This document shows, piece after piece, positions 53,040 to 64,000 of a stretch of 64,000 bases of DNA. Numbering within the stretch: the stretch's first letter is position 1; the number at the start of each line of letters is the position of its first letter. Location of the stretch: positions 682,001 to 746,000 of the forward strand of contig NW_021831284.1 of assembly GCF_006345805.1 (NCBI RefSeq), read 5' to 3'. The notes under the pieces were generated by a model, which worked only from the letters and a program-made list of their open reading frames with translations, ran no database searches and was not told the DNA's origin. The position numbers and the translations under genes were made by a program. The DNA comes from Octopus sinensis. Taxonomy: Eukaryota.

Positions 53040-53800
53040 TGGAATAATATCTCAATTTCTCTAATTTTGGGTCTTCTTTATTGAGGATTCTTTGCATCCG
53101 TAAAGGTCCTCGCTTTTCTAAAATGAGACGTCCTTCTACAGACTCAACATGGGAAATTTAAAGCAGCTGTTTCCGTAGTCAATAGGTCATCACATTGAAT
53201 TATGCTGAACTTCTACAATTGTCTGAACTTCTACAATAATTGTCTCATCTTTGAGCAATTCACGTAAACTCCGAATTGTGATTCCATATTGGAATCCTTT
53301 AAGAGGAGGAACAATGATGCGATTGCTATAACTGAGGAAAATATTGGCAGCGCTTGCTTCAACGATCTGTCCCTCCAGATTGGTCATAAAAACTTCATCA
53401 AATTTTGACTGAAAGGTATCTGTTGTCACCAAAGCCGAGTTCAAGTAACAGCCTTTAGTTTTTGTTGTGATAGCGTCCTCCGCAATCTTCTTCCATGGTG
53501 AGATCTTTATTTACGTCCTTTTTCCGGTCCAAAAGAGGTGAACAAGCCATCATGTAAATTTATAGATGGAATGTTAATTTGTTATAGTTGAGTTGTAACA
53601 TTGGAAAAACAAACTAGCAGATGTAGAAATCACCTGTTCGTTGATTCCGAATAATCAAATTTTGTAGTTTCTTTTTTGAAATCTTTGAAAAAAATTTCAA
53701 AATTCCAACTCATGATCTGTAATAAAACGCATGAGCCATTAATATGATCTTTTAAGCAAAAGATACATCATCTCGAATATGGCCACGTAATCCTGCGTAA
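53040..53800 (-). pseudogene. ilvE: Bacterial-type branched-chain aminotransferase (IlvE, PLP fold IV) relic, frameshifted
   Basis: LKDHI, SPWKKI..AITTKTKGCYLNSAL, FDEVFMTNLEGQIVEASAANIF, VPP...GITIRS, CDDLLTTETAA, ISHVESVEG..RGP, collinear with E. coli-type IlvE; several frameshifts, no evident introns. Confidence 0.75.
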
Positions 53801-55097
53801 CAGTTTTAGTCTTTTAAAGTAAGTTTAAAATAAAACGTAAAACGTTTGATAAATGAAACCAAACAAAATTAACGAAACCAAAAAAGATAGTTAAATGGTT
53901 AAATGTGTTTAGTTAAATGGGAAAAGTAACCCCATCACCTTAAAAAGGCCTGCTTTTTAATTTAAAATCTTTGTTATTAAGTTTATACTCTTTCTTCAAG
54001 TAATCGAATTTCGTACAGTAGACTGTCGACAAATTGATAGCCAGGCCGCCTTCAATCACCTCAATTTTTTTAAATCCCAATTCTTTTATTTTGCATCACC
54101 AGTGTCTAACCTGTTTTCTACTTTGAGCGCATCCAAATTTTTCTTGAAGAATTTTGATACAATTGCGTCATGGTGTATCTCCACGGACAGCTTATTGTTG
54201 AGGCAATTCCTAAAATAAACATAGAATATCTATTGACTGTTCCTGTAAAAATGATTTGGGTTTTTGAGTCATTGGGAGAAATATCTATTTAAAATACTTT
54301 CTTAACCCACGATTGAAAAATGATCAGAGACATCCAAAACCAAATTTTGCCAAAAATGACTTTACTGCGAAGCAATTGTCTATGATAAATCAACAAACCA
54401 AAAAATACCCAGAATTTATGTCTGGATTTATCAGAGACCCGTCCGATGTCACGCCATCTTAACTATATACTCAATTAAATGTGTTATAACCGATAATTCA
54501 AAAACACGATAATAAAACTCGGTCAATACACACTACGAAACCGTATTATGTGCGTAGTGAGTGAACATTTTGTCATAAAGTGCACCAAAAGAGTTATAAG
54601 GCTTATTCAAAGATTTATCAATTTTTATCTAACAAAGAACAGTGAAAAAAATCCGTTAAAACATTTATCGGAATGCATCGATCTCATATCTTAAGTCGTT
54701 TTACTTAAAATATAAAAGTGAAAAAAACCGTTAGGAGGAACCACTGAAAGTAATCTTAGAAATATGAAGAAAATTGCTTGACAAACACGCACCTACGAGA
54801 AACCATTGTTGCTATAAAGATTAGCACGACTCTTTGTTTGAATTTCATAAAATAGAGAATAACTGGAAATAGTACCATTGGGCAGTTTACACAATAACGC
54901 AAGTAAACATGATTAACGGACGAGTCATAAATGACGTTAAAATCAGCCAGAAATTTTTGTAAATAGCTATTTAATATGCAAATTTCAACACATTGAAGAG
55001 GCATTTGATTAGTTCTGGAAGTACTAATTTAAGATTTCTAAACTTTGTCAAATCATTGGAAATGACGATAGTCCAAACAATATTGACAATAAGACTA

Positions 55098-55750
55098 CAC
55101 TAGGTGCAATAAAAACCGTTTTTTTTAATACGGCATATTTTGCAAAGATAACCGTGATTTTTCTTTGTCGATATGGAAAGGGATCATTAAATTACCCCCA
55201 AATCAATTTTGTTATATTTTTTTTGTATTGTGTTATATGTCTAAATTAAAAATTTTAATTACACGAGCGCAATAAAAACCGTTTATTCTGGTGAGTGTGA
55301 CATTTTTTAGAATTTTAACCCTCGATAAAATTACGAATGCTTGATGTAATAACAAAAGGAAAGATTCTAAGCTTAAATGCGTTAAATTGGACCACTAAAA
55401 AAATATCTGACGAGCTTAATATCCCGCGATCAACTATCGCTGACTTCATCCGAAAATTCATTAAATATGGTACGACTGAAAGAATGAAAGGTTCGGGGAG
55501 ACCAAAAATTCTTAATAAGGACGATATCCTTATTTTACTCAACCTGGTTAAAGAGGACCCCCAATAAAAAGCTGATTGCTTAAGGAATGATATCCGTAAA
55601 ATAACCGGAAGAACAGTCGGTAAAAGATCCATCGCAAATTATTTAAGAAGGGAGCAAATATATGCTCGTGTATGTAGAAAAAAACCATTATTGAACAAAA
55701 TAAATAGTGAAAAACGCTATAACATGGCAAAGCATTTCATTACTGTGCCA
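55098..55750 (+). mobile_element. Tc1-like element, left end and N-terminal transposase (truncated)
   Basis: TA|cac...gcaataaaaaccgttt repeated 163 bp apart; IPRSTIADFIRKF, GSGRPK, RKKPLL motifs; stop/frameshift at ~55567. Confidence 0.85.
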
Positions 55751-56379
55751 AATACCCAAACACATTTATCAAACCATTCAAGGTGATTCGAGTACAGTCA
55801 AATGAAAAGTCTTGATACTTCATGCCGGAATCAAACTTAGACAACAATAAACTTGGTAATTCAGAAAAAACAGCGACTACAAATAAAGATCAAATGGGAA
55901 AATTAGAAATTCTATCCTCAATAGTGTAATCGTTTAATTGGAGTAGTTGTTTGAATAAAATAAATCAAGCATATCAATTCAATTAAATAAATCACTCAAG
56001 TTTTGTTGAATACATCCAAAATGTCGTTGACCTATAAAACTACATCGAAAGTAAATAAAAATGCATATATTAAAAACCAATGTTTGGACCAATTCATTGT
56101 CATTTTGATAAAAAATATTTACAATTACAAAATAAATCAAAATATTTTCAAAACAAGAAAATGTCTTGTTTCGTGAACGAGAATTATTTTCAATTTTTCT
56201 TTGATCTTGTTTCTCATAACCGTACTGAAATTTGAGACTCTGCCATCTTTGAAGTTAGCCATAACTTTACACCGTGATTAAAGTGATATTTATGAATGTT
56301 TCCACGTGTTTAATGGATAAAAATGTTTCAAATGGTCGATTAGAATTTTATAATTTTGTTTTGGAATCCAACAAGTTTT

Positions 56380-58340
56380 ACAACAGTGGTTGCAATTCCG
56401 TATTTGGGAGGTGTTGTTTTGGCATCAGATACAAGATTTACTTGTTCTGCAAATAATCCCGACGAAAGCTGTAATGAAATTTTGTATTAAAATATCAGAT
56501 ACAGATAATAACTATAAAATTTCCCAGATTGCCAATAACGCGATCATTGGTTTTACTGGGAACATGGATGTTTTTGAATTCTTAAAGGAAGAATGTTCTC
56601 ATAGTTTTCTGTATTTTTTGAATTAATTTGTTTTCTAGAAAGTCTTGGAATGTGTATCCAATGTTTGTAAAAGATTTCATTAAAAAAATTCTATCAAATT
56701 TTATACTTCCACAACAATTATCGGTACATTTGAGTTTTTGTTATATTTTTAGAAAGTTATTCTCTTGTGTGTCCTTAATGGAGGAATGTATCAATTTGAG
56801 ATAGATTCCTTCTCAAGTGTTGTTTTGGCATCAGATACAAGAGTTACTTGTTCTGCAAATAATCCCGACGAAAGCTGTAATGAAATTTTGTATTAAAATA
56901 TCAGATACAGATAATAACTATAAAATTTCCCAGATTGCCAATAACGCGATCATTGGTTTTACTGGGAACATGGATGTTTTTGAATTCTTAAAGGAAGAAT
57001 GTTCTCATAGTTTTCTGTATTTTTTGAATTAATTTGTTTTCTAGAAAGTCTTGGAATGTGTATCCAATGTTTGTAAAAGATTTCATTAAAAAAATTCTAT
57101 CAAATTTTATACTTCCGCGACAATTATCGGTATATTTGAGTTTTTGTTATATTTTTAGACCGTTATTCTCTTATGTGTGCATAATGGAGGACTCTATCAA
57201 TTTCGATAGATTCCTTCTCAAGTGTAGAATGTACATAACGACAATTGGGTCGGGCGGAATAGAGGCGCGTACTTGGATCAATATGCAGTATTTTCTTTTA
57301 TAATTATTGCCAGTTATCGTGGAATTCATACAACAAAGAGTGAGGCTATTGAGTTAGCCCACAATTCCATTAAATATGCAGAACTGACTGATAGATTTAC
57401 TGGAGGATTTTCCAATAATATATTTGCATATATAATACTTTAGTTTATACAATCTCGAATCTTGGAATCAATTTTGTCGGCCTTTTTCAGATTTTTTAAT
57501 GCGTATCGATTCTAATCTTCATTAATTTTTTATTGTCATACATTTTTCTTAAATTATTTTTATTACTTCGTTATTTAATTCTTTATTCTTCTATGTGTAC
57601 ACAATACAGGAATCTATACATTTGAAATAGATTCCTTCTCCATTGTAGACTGTACATTTCGCGTTACGACAATCGGGTCAGGCGGAATAATGGCGCATAA
57701 TTGGATAAATATGCAGTGTTTTCTTTTACAATGAATGATTTCATACAAAAAATACTATCAAATTTCATACTTCCACAACAATTATCGGTACATTTGAGTT
57801 TTTGTTATATTTTTAGAAAGTTATTCTCTTATGTGTCCTTAATAGAGGAATGTATCAATTTGAGATAGATTCCTTCTCAAGTGTAGAATATACATGCAAC
57901 GTAACGACCATCGGCTCGGGCGCAATAAGGGCGCGTTTATGGATCAATATGCAGTATTTTCTTTTATAATCATTGCCAGTTATCGTGAAATTCATACAAC
58001 AAAGAGTGAGGCTATTGAGTTAGCCCACAATGCTATTAAATATGCAGCACTGACTGATAGATTTACTGGAGGATTTTCTAATAGTATTCCTTCTCAACTG
58101 TAGAGTGTACATGCCGCGTAAGGACAATTGGGTCGGGCGGAATAGAGGCGCGTACTTGGATCAATATGCAGTATTTTCTTTTATAATCATTGCCAGTTAT
58201 CGTGGAATTTATACAACACAGAGTGAGGCCATTGGATTAGCCCACAATCGGATTAAAGAAACAGCACAGACTGACCGATTTACGGGAGGATTTTCCCATA
58301 TTATATCTGCATATATAATACTTTATTTTATACGATATCT
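56380..58340 (+). pseudogene. Rearranged tandem array of a divergent proteasome beta (beta5/beta2-like) subunit gene
   Basis: FTTVVA..GGVVLASDTR, YKISQI..IIGFTG, TIGSG, EAIELAHNAIKYAALTDRFTGG; partial duplications and a frameshift. Confidence 0.8.
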
Positions 58341-58849
58341 CTCCATGGGATAATCAATCAACTAAATTAAGCTTCAAAAAAGATTAAAAAAGCAGATTAA
58401 ACAAATAAAATAAAAAAATTTCAAAAAAGTGAAGGAAGCAGATTAGAGGAATAAAATCAAAAAATATGTCAAAAATGATGAAATTTCAGATAAATTAATC
58501 ATTAAAAGAAACTGCATCACGAAATATTCCTTCTGAATCCAATTAAACAAAAAAAATAATACAAAGTGGAATATAAACAAGTACCACTAAATAAAAGTAA
58601 CACGTGTGCGAGTTTGCCATGCTATTATTAAAAATTCATGTAATTAAACAATTTTTTATTAAAAATAAAATTTATTTATATTAAAAAAGACAAACTAAAA
58701 GTTTATCACGGGGGCACAATTGAATCCAAAGACCGCACACTTAAGTATCACTGGTCCAAAGATTCCAGATGAATCTGATTAATCTAAAGAGGTATCAATT
58801 TTTGGTATTTTTTATTAAAGATTAAGTCATTAAGAGGACATTTGATTCC

Positions 58850-58990
58850 GCAGGATTCCATGTTAGTTTTTTTCGAGGTAATGGAAAACGTCCCAGCGGG
58901 ATGACAGGAAAGTAGGTCTCTCGTTTGGCGCGTGAAATGTGTGATTTCCCTGTCGGAGACGTTGCTTTTCAGAACTGAAATTATCCGAAT
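58850..58990 (-). mobile_element. Penelope-like element remnant, second copy
   Basis: Sequence similar to 42385-42430; SDREITHFTRQTRDLL. Confidence 0.4.
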
Positions 58991-58999
58991 AATATAATC

Positions 59000-61000
59000 A
59001 AAGTTCAAATAGAAGATGAAACCACAAAGAATACACTTATTAAAAGAAAGAAAGAAATCCAAAAACATAGAGACTAGATAAAACTTCATTAAAAAAGACC
59101 TCGAAAAGAAACTCAGTACAAGAGAAACAGGAAAGGAAGTCGGAGAAAGATCAAGAGGTTTAACCTCCTGTTGAAATCTCCGAATGCTTCGAAAATTCGG
59201 ATAACTTTGCACAAGTCCGGGTTCTCTAGTCTAAAATTCCGATGCTCCAACAAAGAGGCTGCACTTAAGGCTCTCAAAAACCAAAATGTTTGGCGAAGGC
59301 GGTCATAAACTTTCCTCAGTAACTGAGAAGGCCTGCTCGGCTGTCCTCGCAAGAAGGCAAACACCCTTCGAGATCCTGCCGCAAAGAGATGCCCATTTAG
59401 ACCAGGACATGTACAACAGAGATGCTCTTATGGAATTCTTTTGCTGTTGTGTGGGAGTCCTGACAAAACTCGGTTTGGAACCTGAGATGCTGCAACAGCT
59501 CCTACTAGAGGGGAGCACGCCAGCAACATAGATCCTATAAAAATCATCGCTGTGAATGCCCGATTTATCAAAAGACAGCATCACGACTTTGTTGAGATAG
59601 TAAACACCTGTCATCCAGGTCGGAGGCGTATCTTTCAAAAGTCTATTCTCCTGCACCAGCTTGATCGACGATTTCTTCTCAAGCACAGCTCATTGCCTTC
59701 TCGTTAGAGACCTAAACTCGAAACACAGCGTTTGGCTGCCGGACTATTAACCAGGATGGTCGTACACTAAAGAAAGTTACTGACAAGCTCGATGTATTTG
59801 TCAGAAATTCTCAAGACCCGAACCACCACTCGCCCAGCGACCCAGACAACTTTTTTTTGAGTATCTGCTTTTAAACTGTCGCCAACCTGATGAAGAGTCT
59901 ACAGGTTTTGATGATATCGGAAACAACCACTTATTAATTGAAGTCAAAATTCACGCTGGTATTGAAAGGCATAAACGTGAATTTACTCGATACTCTCTTT
60001 CGAAGATAACTGGCCGCACTATAAGAGCTCCTAAAATGACAATAGTAGCAGTGTCGGCTACGACTTTGTCCTCGATATGGACTCCGGAGTAGTGTAAACA
60101 GGGTCAGCACTAGGAGATCCAAACATGCCAGCTGTATCTAGATATAATTAAATCGAATATATTGCCTGCCTAATCTTATTATAGAGATTGTTGTCCAATT
60201 CTAGGAGTTACGGAAGAACGACAATTGACAGTGATCACAAACTGACAGCTGCCAGACTAAGACTTAAACGATACTTCGGAATCGAGACAATAAAGAAAAG
60301 AAATTTTCTCTAAATAGACGTTTGGTCGTGGAAATGTTGAACTTTGACATTTGACAAAAGGAATAATAACAAAATATCTTTTAACGTCTACATGAATGGG
60401 AGGAACTCTTTTTTCAAGTATATTGGCCGAAATTCGAAAGCCATTCTCCAGAAAGGGAAGTATCTCAGGGCTTATTCTTTAGCCCATTATTGTTTAACGT
60501 GTATTTGGCAGACTTTCCAAGATCTGTGTGCACCTCAACAAATGTGCTTATTAATGACGTTATTATCACGGACAAGGCAGCCCTTCCGATAAAGTCGGAA
60601 ATTAAACTAAAAATCTACTTAGAACAAATAAAACAGTTAAGTACTTGACTCTGTCAATTGAGAAGTGCACGCTCACTAAAGTATTAGCAATAAGTGTCAA
60701 AACCTTCCCATATACGATCGAATCCAATCGTTTTTGTACCTGCGAGTCCAATTTTCTGAAAATGGAAGCTGTGAGGAAGACATTATTCTAAGGAAAAATC
60801 GGTTTACACAAATTATTATGTGCCTAATCAAATTTCGCCTACCCCCGGAGACTTTGTTATTCTTTTTCCGTGTAGCTATTCTTCATGTGGTGATGTATGG
60901 GTTGCAAGGGTGGATCTTGTCCCGTTCTAATGCAAGAATTATAAAAATACTTGAAAAATGAGGAGATTAGCGCTCAAGGTGACCTTTAGCGTAAATCTGA
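59000..61000 (+). mobile_element. Degenerate Jockey/I-like LINE (ORF1, APE, RT relics)
   Basis: IKIIAVNA (APE start), LVRDLNSKHSVW..TINQDG, RT VSQG...SPLLFNVYLADFP; many stops and deletions. Confidence 0.7.
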
Positions 61001-62171
61001 AAGAAAAAATTTTTCAAATTTTTCTAATTTTCTAATGATGAGCGACCTTGTCGAAAGCCAGTTCCAAAAGTTTCTAGACAAAAGAAGGAAATAGTCACGG
61101 ACGACTTAGTGTGTAAGGCATACTACTATCCCTTAATTTTATTTCCGGTGTACTTGACAAATGGAATATTAATATACAATATATCAAATGTCATAAGGTC
61201 AGATTAAGCAAATGAAGGGAATCTTAAAATAACAGAATTCTCAAATATCGTTGTTCTCTGGTTAGAATTGCTGTGTAGTGCTAACTGCCTAATTTTAACA
61301 AATATCGATCAAGCATGTCGAAGGGTGATTAGCAACAACTATCTCATGTTTTTTGATGTCATCAAAATTTTCCCTTGATGTTAATAGAATATCTACTCAA
61401 TGACTAAAAATTTAAGTTATTTTATTAAGACTGTGAACTGAAACATAACATAGCTTCAAGTTGGCGACTAACACCCCATATGTGGATCTAAATCTTAAAA
61501 AACACCAATTAATTTTTCAAATTACGTAGAGTAAAGAAGCTTTTATAATTTTTTAAAAGCAAATTCCTTGAGTCGAGTTTTTAGTGGATTTTTAATTGTT
61601 TTTTGCATAAATGAATAAATTTATTTGTCTATAAATCTCTTAAATTTTACCTATCTGCGGCACAACTGATTCGTCACTCTTAAAATGAATCAAACAATAA
61701 AAATTGATAATAGATTAAATTTTATAATTTTCCAATCGACCAAACGGGATCACTGAGTTTTCCTTCAACAGAGGAACGTGTGTGAACTCATTCTCGCCGA
61801 CACAGGATTATTTCACAACTGCTGAATGCAAAATTAATTGTCCTATTTTTATTTGGTTCGAGTTAGCTAATAAAAATACAATATCGTATCGAGATTCATT
61901 TAAAAACTCAAATCTAGGATATTTATATTTAGCTTTATTTTTCAACCGCATTGTTTGACTTACCCTGAGCCCAACGGGACGTACTTCAAAAGAGCTCAAT
62001 TGCCATCATCTATTGTTGTTATTTTTAAAGAAAAGCCTAATAAATTAGAGCATGTTGGTGATTTAGTTGTTACCTGCTCAAAAACATGATTGGCCGAAAT
62101 TATCAATTGGACCTGCAGGTTTGCCAGATTTTGCAGAGGAAGTAAAACTCTCATGACGAGTTCAATTGGAC

Positions 62172-62240
62172 CAGCGGTTCTCAATGGTGGGCGATTCGCC
62201 CCTTAGGGAACGATTTTTTGGTAGGGGGCGATGGTTGATT
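62172..62240 (+). mobile_element. hAT (Charlie/Buster-like) terminal sequence, solo end
   Basis: cagcggttctcaa matches the TIR of the 26674-29324 MITE, followed by gggcgattcgcccc; partner end not found. Confidence 0.5.
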
Positions 62241-63049
62241 GCTAATATTTGAAAAATTAAAATCTCATGTTAGAAGTCGATAATTTTTGAAAATAAAGAT
62301 ATTTAATCGAGTCTAATAGTATTTATTATTTCATCACTCGGAATCCTGGGAGCTTTTCTATTGTGGCAGTACGTCTCGAATTCACTAATTTGAAACGAAT
62401 GCCTCATTTGATTGTTCTTCTCGATCGTACTAAATCTGAGTTTTTTTAATATAACTTTTTTAATGTATTTTTTACACTATTTTAAAGTATCATCATTATG
62501 AAGAAACACGTGATTAGTATTGAGATATTATTCGGAGTTTTCGTTTGACATGGTGGTACCCTTCAGTCTGCTTCTGAACATGATGGTGTTTAGTAGTCTG
62601 ACAATTTTTCCAATTAAACTTATTGTATTATAAACAAATAGAAATCTGCGTCTTAAAATTAAATGATTTATTTTTCCGAGTAATTACACTAATTGCAATA
62701 AAATTCCAAATTTGGGTATAAGTTGGGTATATTTTTAATAAAAATATTATAAAAAAATATGGTCAATATCTCTGAAATACTAAGAAAAAATTAATCCAGT
62801 CATTCAATACTATTCACGTGTTTTCTAAATTATTAAAATAATCCAATTAAAATTAATTCAAAGCTTTTAATGATTTTGTTGCTCATTGAAACAATATACT
62901 CCCATGTTATTACACAACCACAATAATATTTAATTAAAAAAATAAATGCAAGATAATTTCGTCAGTTGCCGGCAAAACTCGCAGGGGAACAACCAGACCA
63001 TATTATATGCCGGCAATTCGAAATCGTGAAAATTTTTTTAAAAAAATCA

Positions 63050-63852
63050 ATAAAAATACTTTTGATAATTACAAATATCTATCACATCGGAGCATAATTC
63101 TCAAAATCGTTTGTAAAGCCGTACATCGCAGGCGGCAGATACCAAAATCCAGACTAGTATATTAAGAAACTCATAAAACCGCGATATAAGAAAAACTCGG
63201 AGTATTATGTCCCCATTTACAGTTCAATTCTGGGTTGTTTTGCATACTAAATATTGCATTGGCCGCCGACATGTGGTTATAAAAACTAACAAAAATCAAT
63301 ATTTACAAACCTTACGAAGCCATATCTTTCTCCTATTACTCTGATTAAAGCAATGCTTCCATATTCGACGAACATGTTGTACAAATCAATTTCCGTAGCC
63401 CCCCTCAAATTGCCTACATACATGCAGACATTCGTGCCAGCGCCTTCTCGAGAAATGTCTTCTATTGTTTTATCTACAAATAAATGTTCAAATAACTGCT
63501 TGGTCGTTTGTTGGTCCCCATTCCTACACGAATTGCCCTTCCCTTTATTTTCACTCCGTTCATTTTGCTTAGACTGGCCACGGCGTCCTAAAGTTAAATT
63601 TGTAGCTTCAAACCTCAGAATTCTGAAACTCGACAAAACCATATCCAGCACTTGCTCCTGTAGACCCTGATCTGATTATCCTTACAGCACTATAAACTCA
63701 ACTTATTTAGACAACCGGATCTTGCCACAAACTTCGAACTCTCTTTTGATGTGCTCAACAGACACATCTTGATTCAGATCGCCGACAAAAACTGTATTTG
63801 GATCGACAGAACTTGGGTCAGACGCGCTATTTGTAACAGAAGCACCGTTCAT
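63050..63852 (-). CDS. TIA1/TIAR-like RRM RNA-binding protein
   Basis: TVFVGDL...G.SAGYGFVEF...MNG..IKGRAIRV; MYVGNL...YGFVRF..HMSAANAI...CKWG (RRM2/RRM3 pattern). Confidence 0.75.
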
Positions 63853-64000
63853 TCTCCTAGTAACACTATAGATGCGTAACTGTCTATTTTATACGTTTTA
63901 ATACGTCGCGTCACGGTGGTTTATTTGGAATTGAATGCACATCGATTAATACATGTAATAACGTGATTATTGTCTATTCTAATCAGAAATTCTGGTAGAT

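Noticed and set aside
59880-59930. Hammerhead ribozyme (ctgatga...gaaac)
   Set aside because: Required stems are absent; the segment is coding relic of the LINE APE domain.

Overview
AT-rich eukaryotic (animal) genomic DNA with very small GT-AG introns (about 22-35 nt) and tightly packed genes. A compact-genome, ciliated invertebrate such as a mesozoan-grade parasite is suggested, but this is inference only. Recognisable host genes: four small tetraspanins, a PDZ-GEF (RAPGEF2/6-like), a formin, TMEM126-like, inositol monophosphatase, MKS1, an ABCG transporter, SCFD1/Sly1, PGM3, a TIA1-like RRM gene, a rearranged proteasome beta-subunit paralog locus, tRNA-Leu(AAG) and tRNA-Pro(AGG). They are interleaved with many mobile elements: CRE-type RT/REL retrotransposons, RTE LINEs with TSDs, a Jockey-like LINE relic, Gypsy and Penelope relics, MITEs, and a nested hAT>hAT-MITE>2xTc1 stack. 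The most unusual items are a ~270-nt highly structured RNase P/MRP-like RNA candidate (20.9-21.2 kb), an intronless frameshifted bacterial-type IlvE aminotransferase relic (53.0-53.8 kb), a tandem array of divergent proteasome beta-subunit modules (56.3-58.3 kb), a host-sized spliceosomal intron inside a Tc1 transposase, and an internally deleted RTE flanked by its own TSD. Exon boundaries and alignments were read by eye; no database searches were run.
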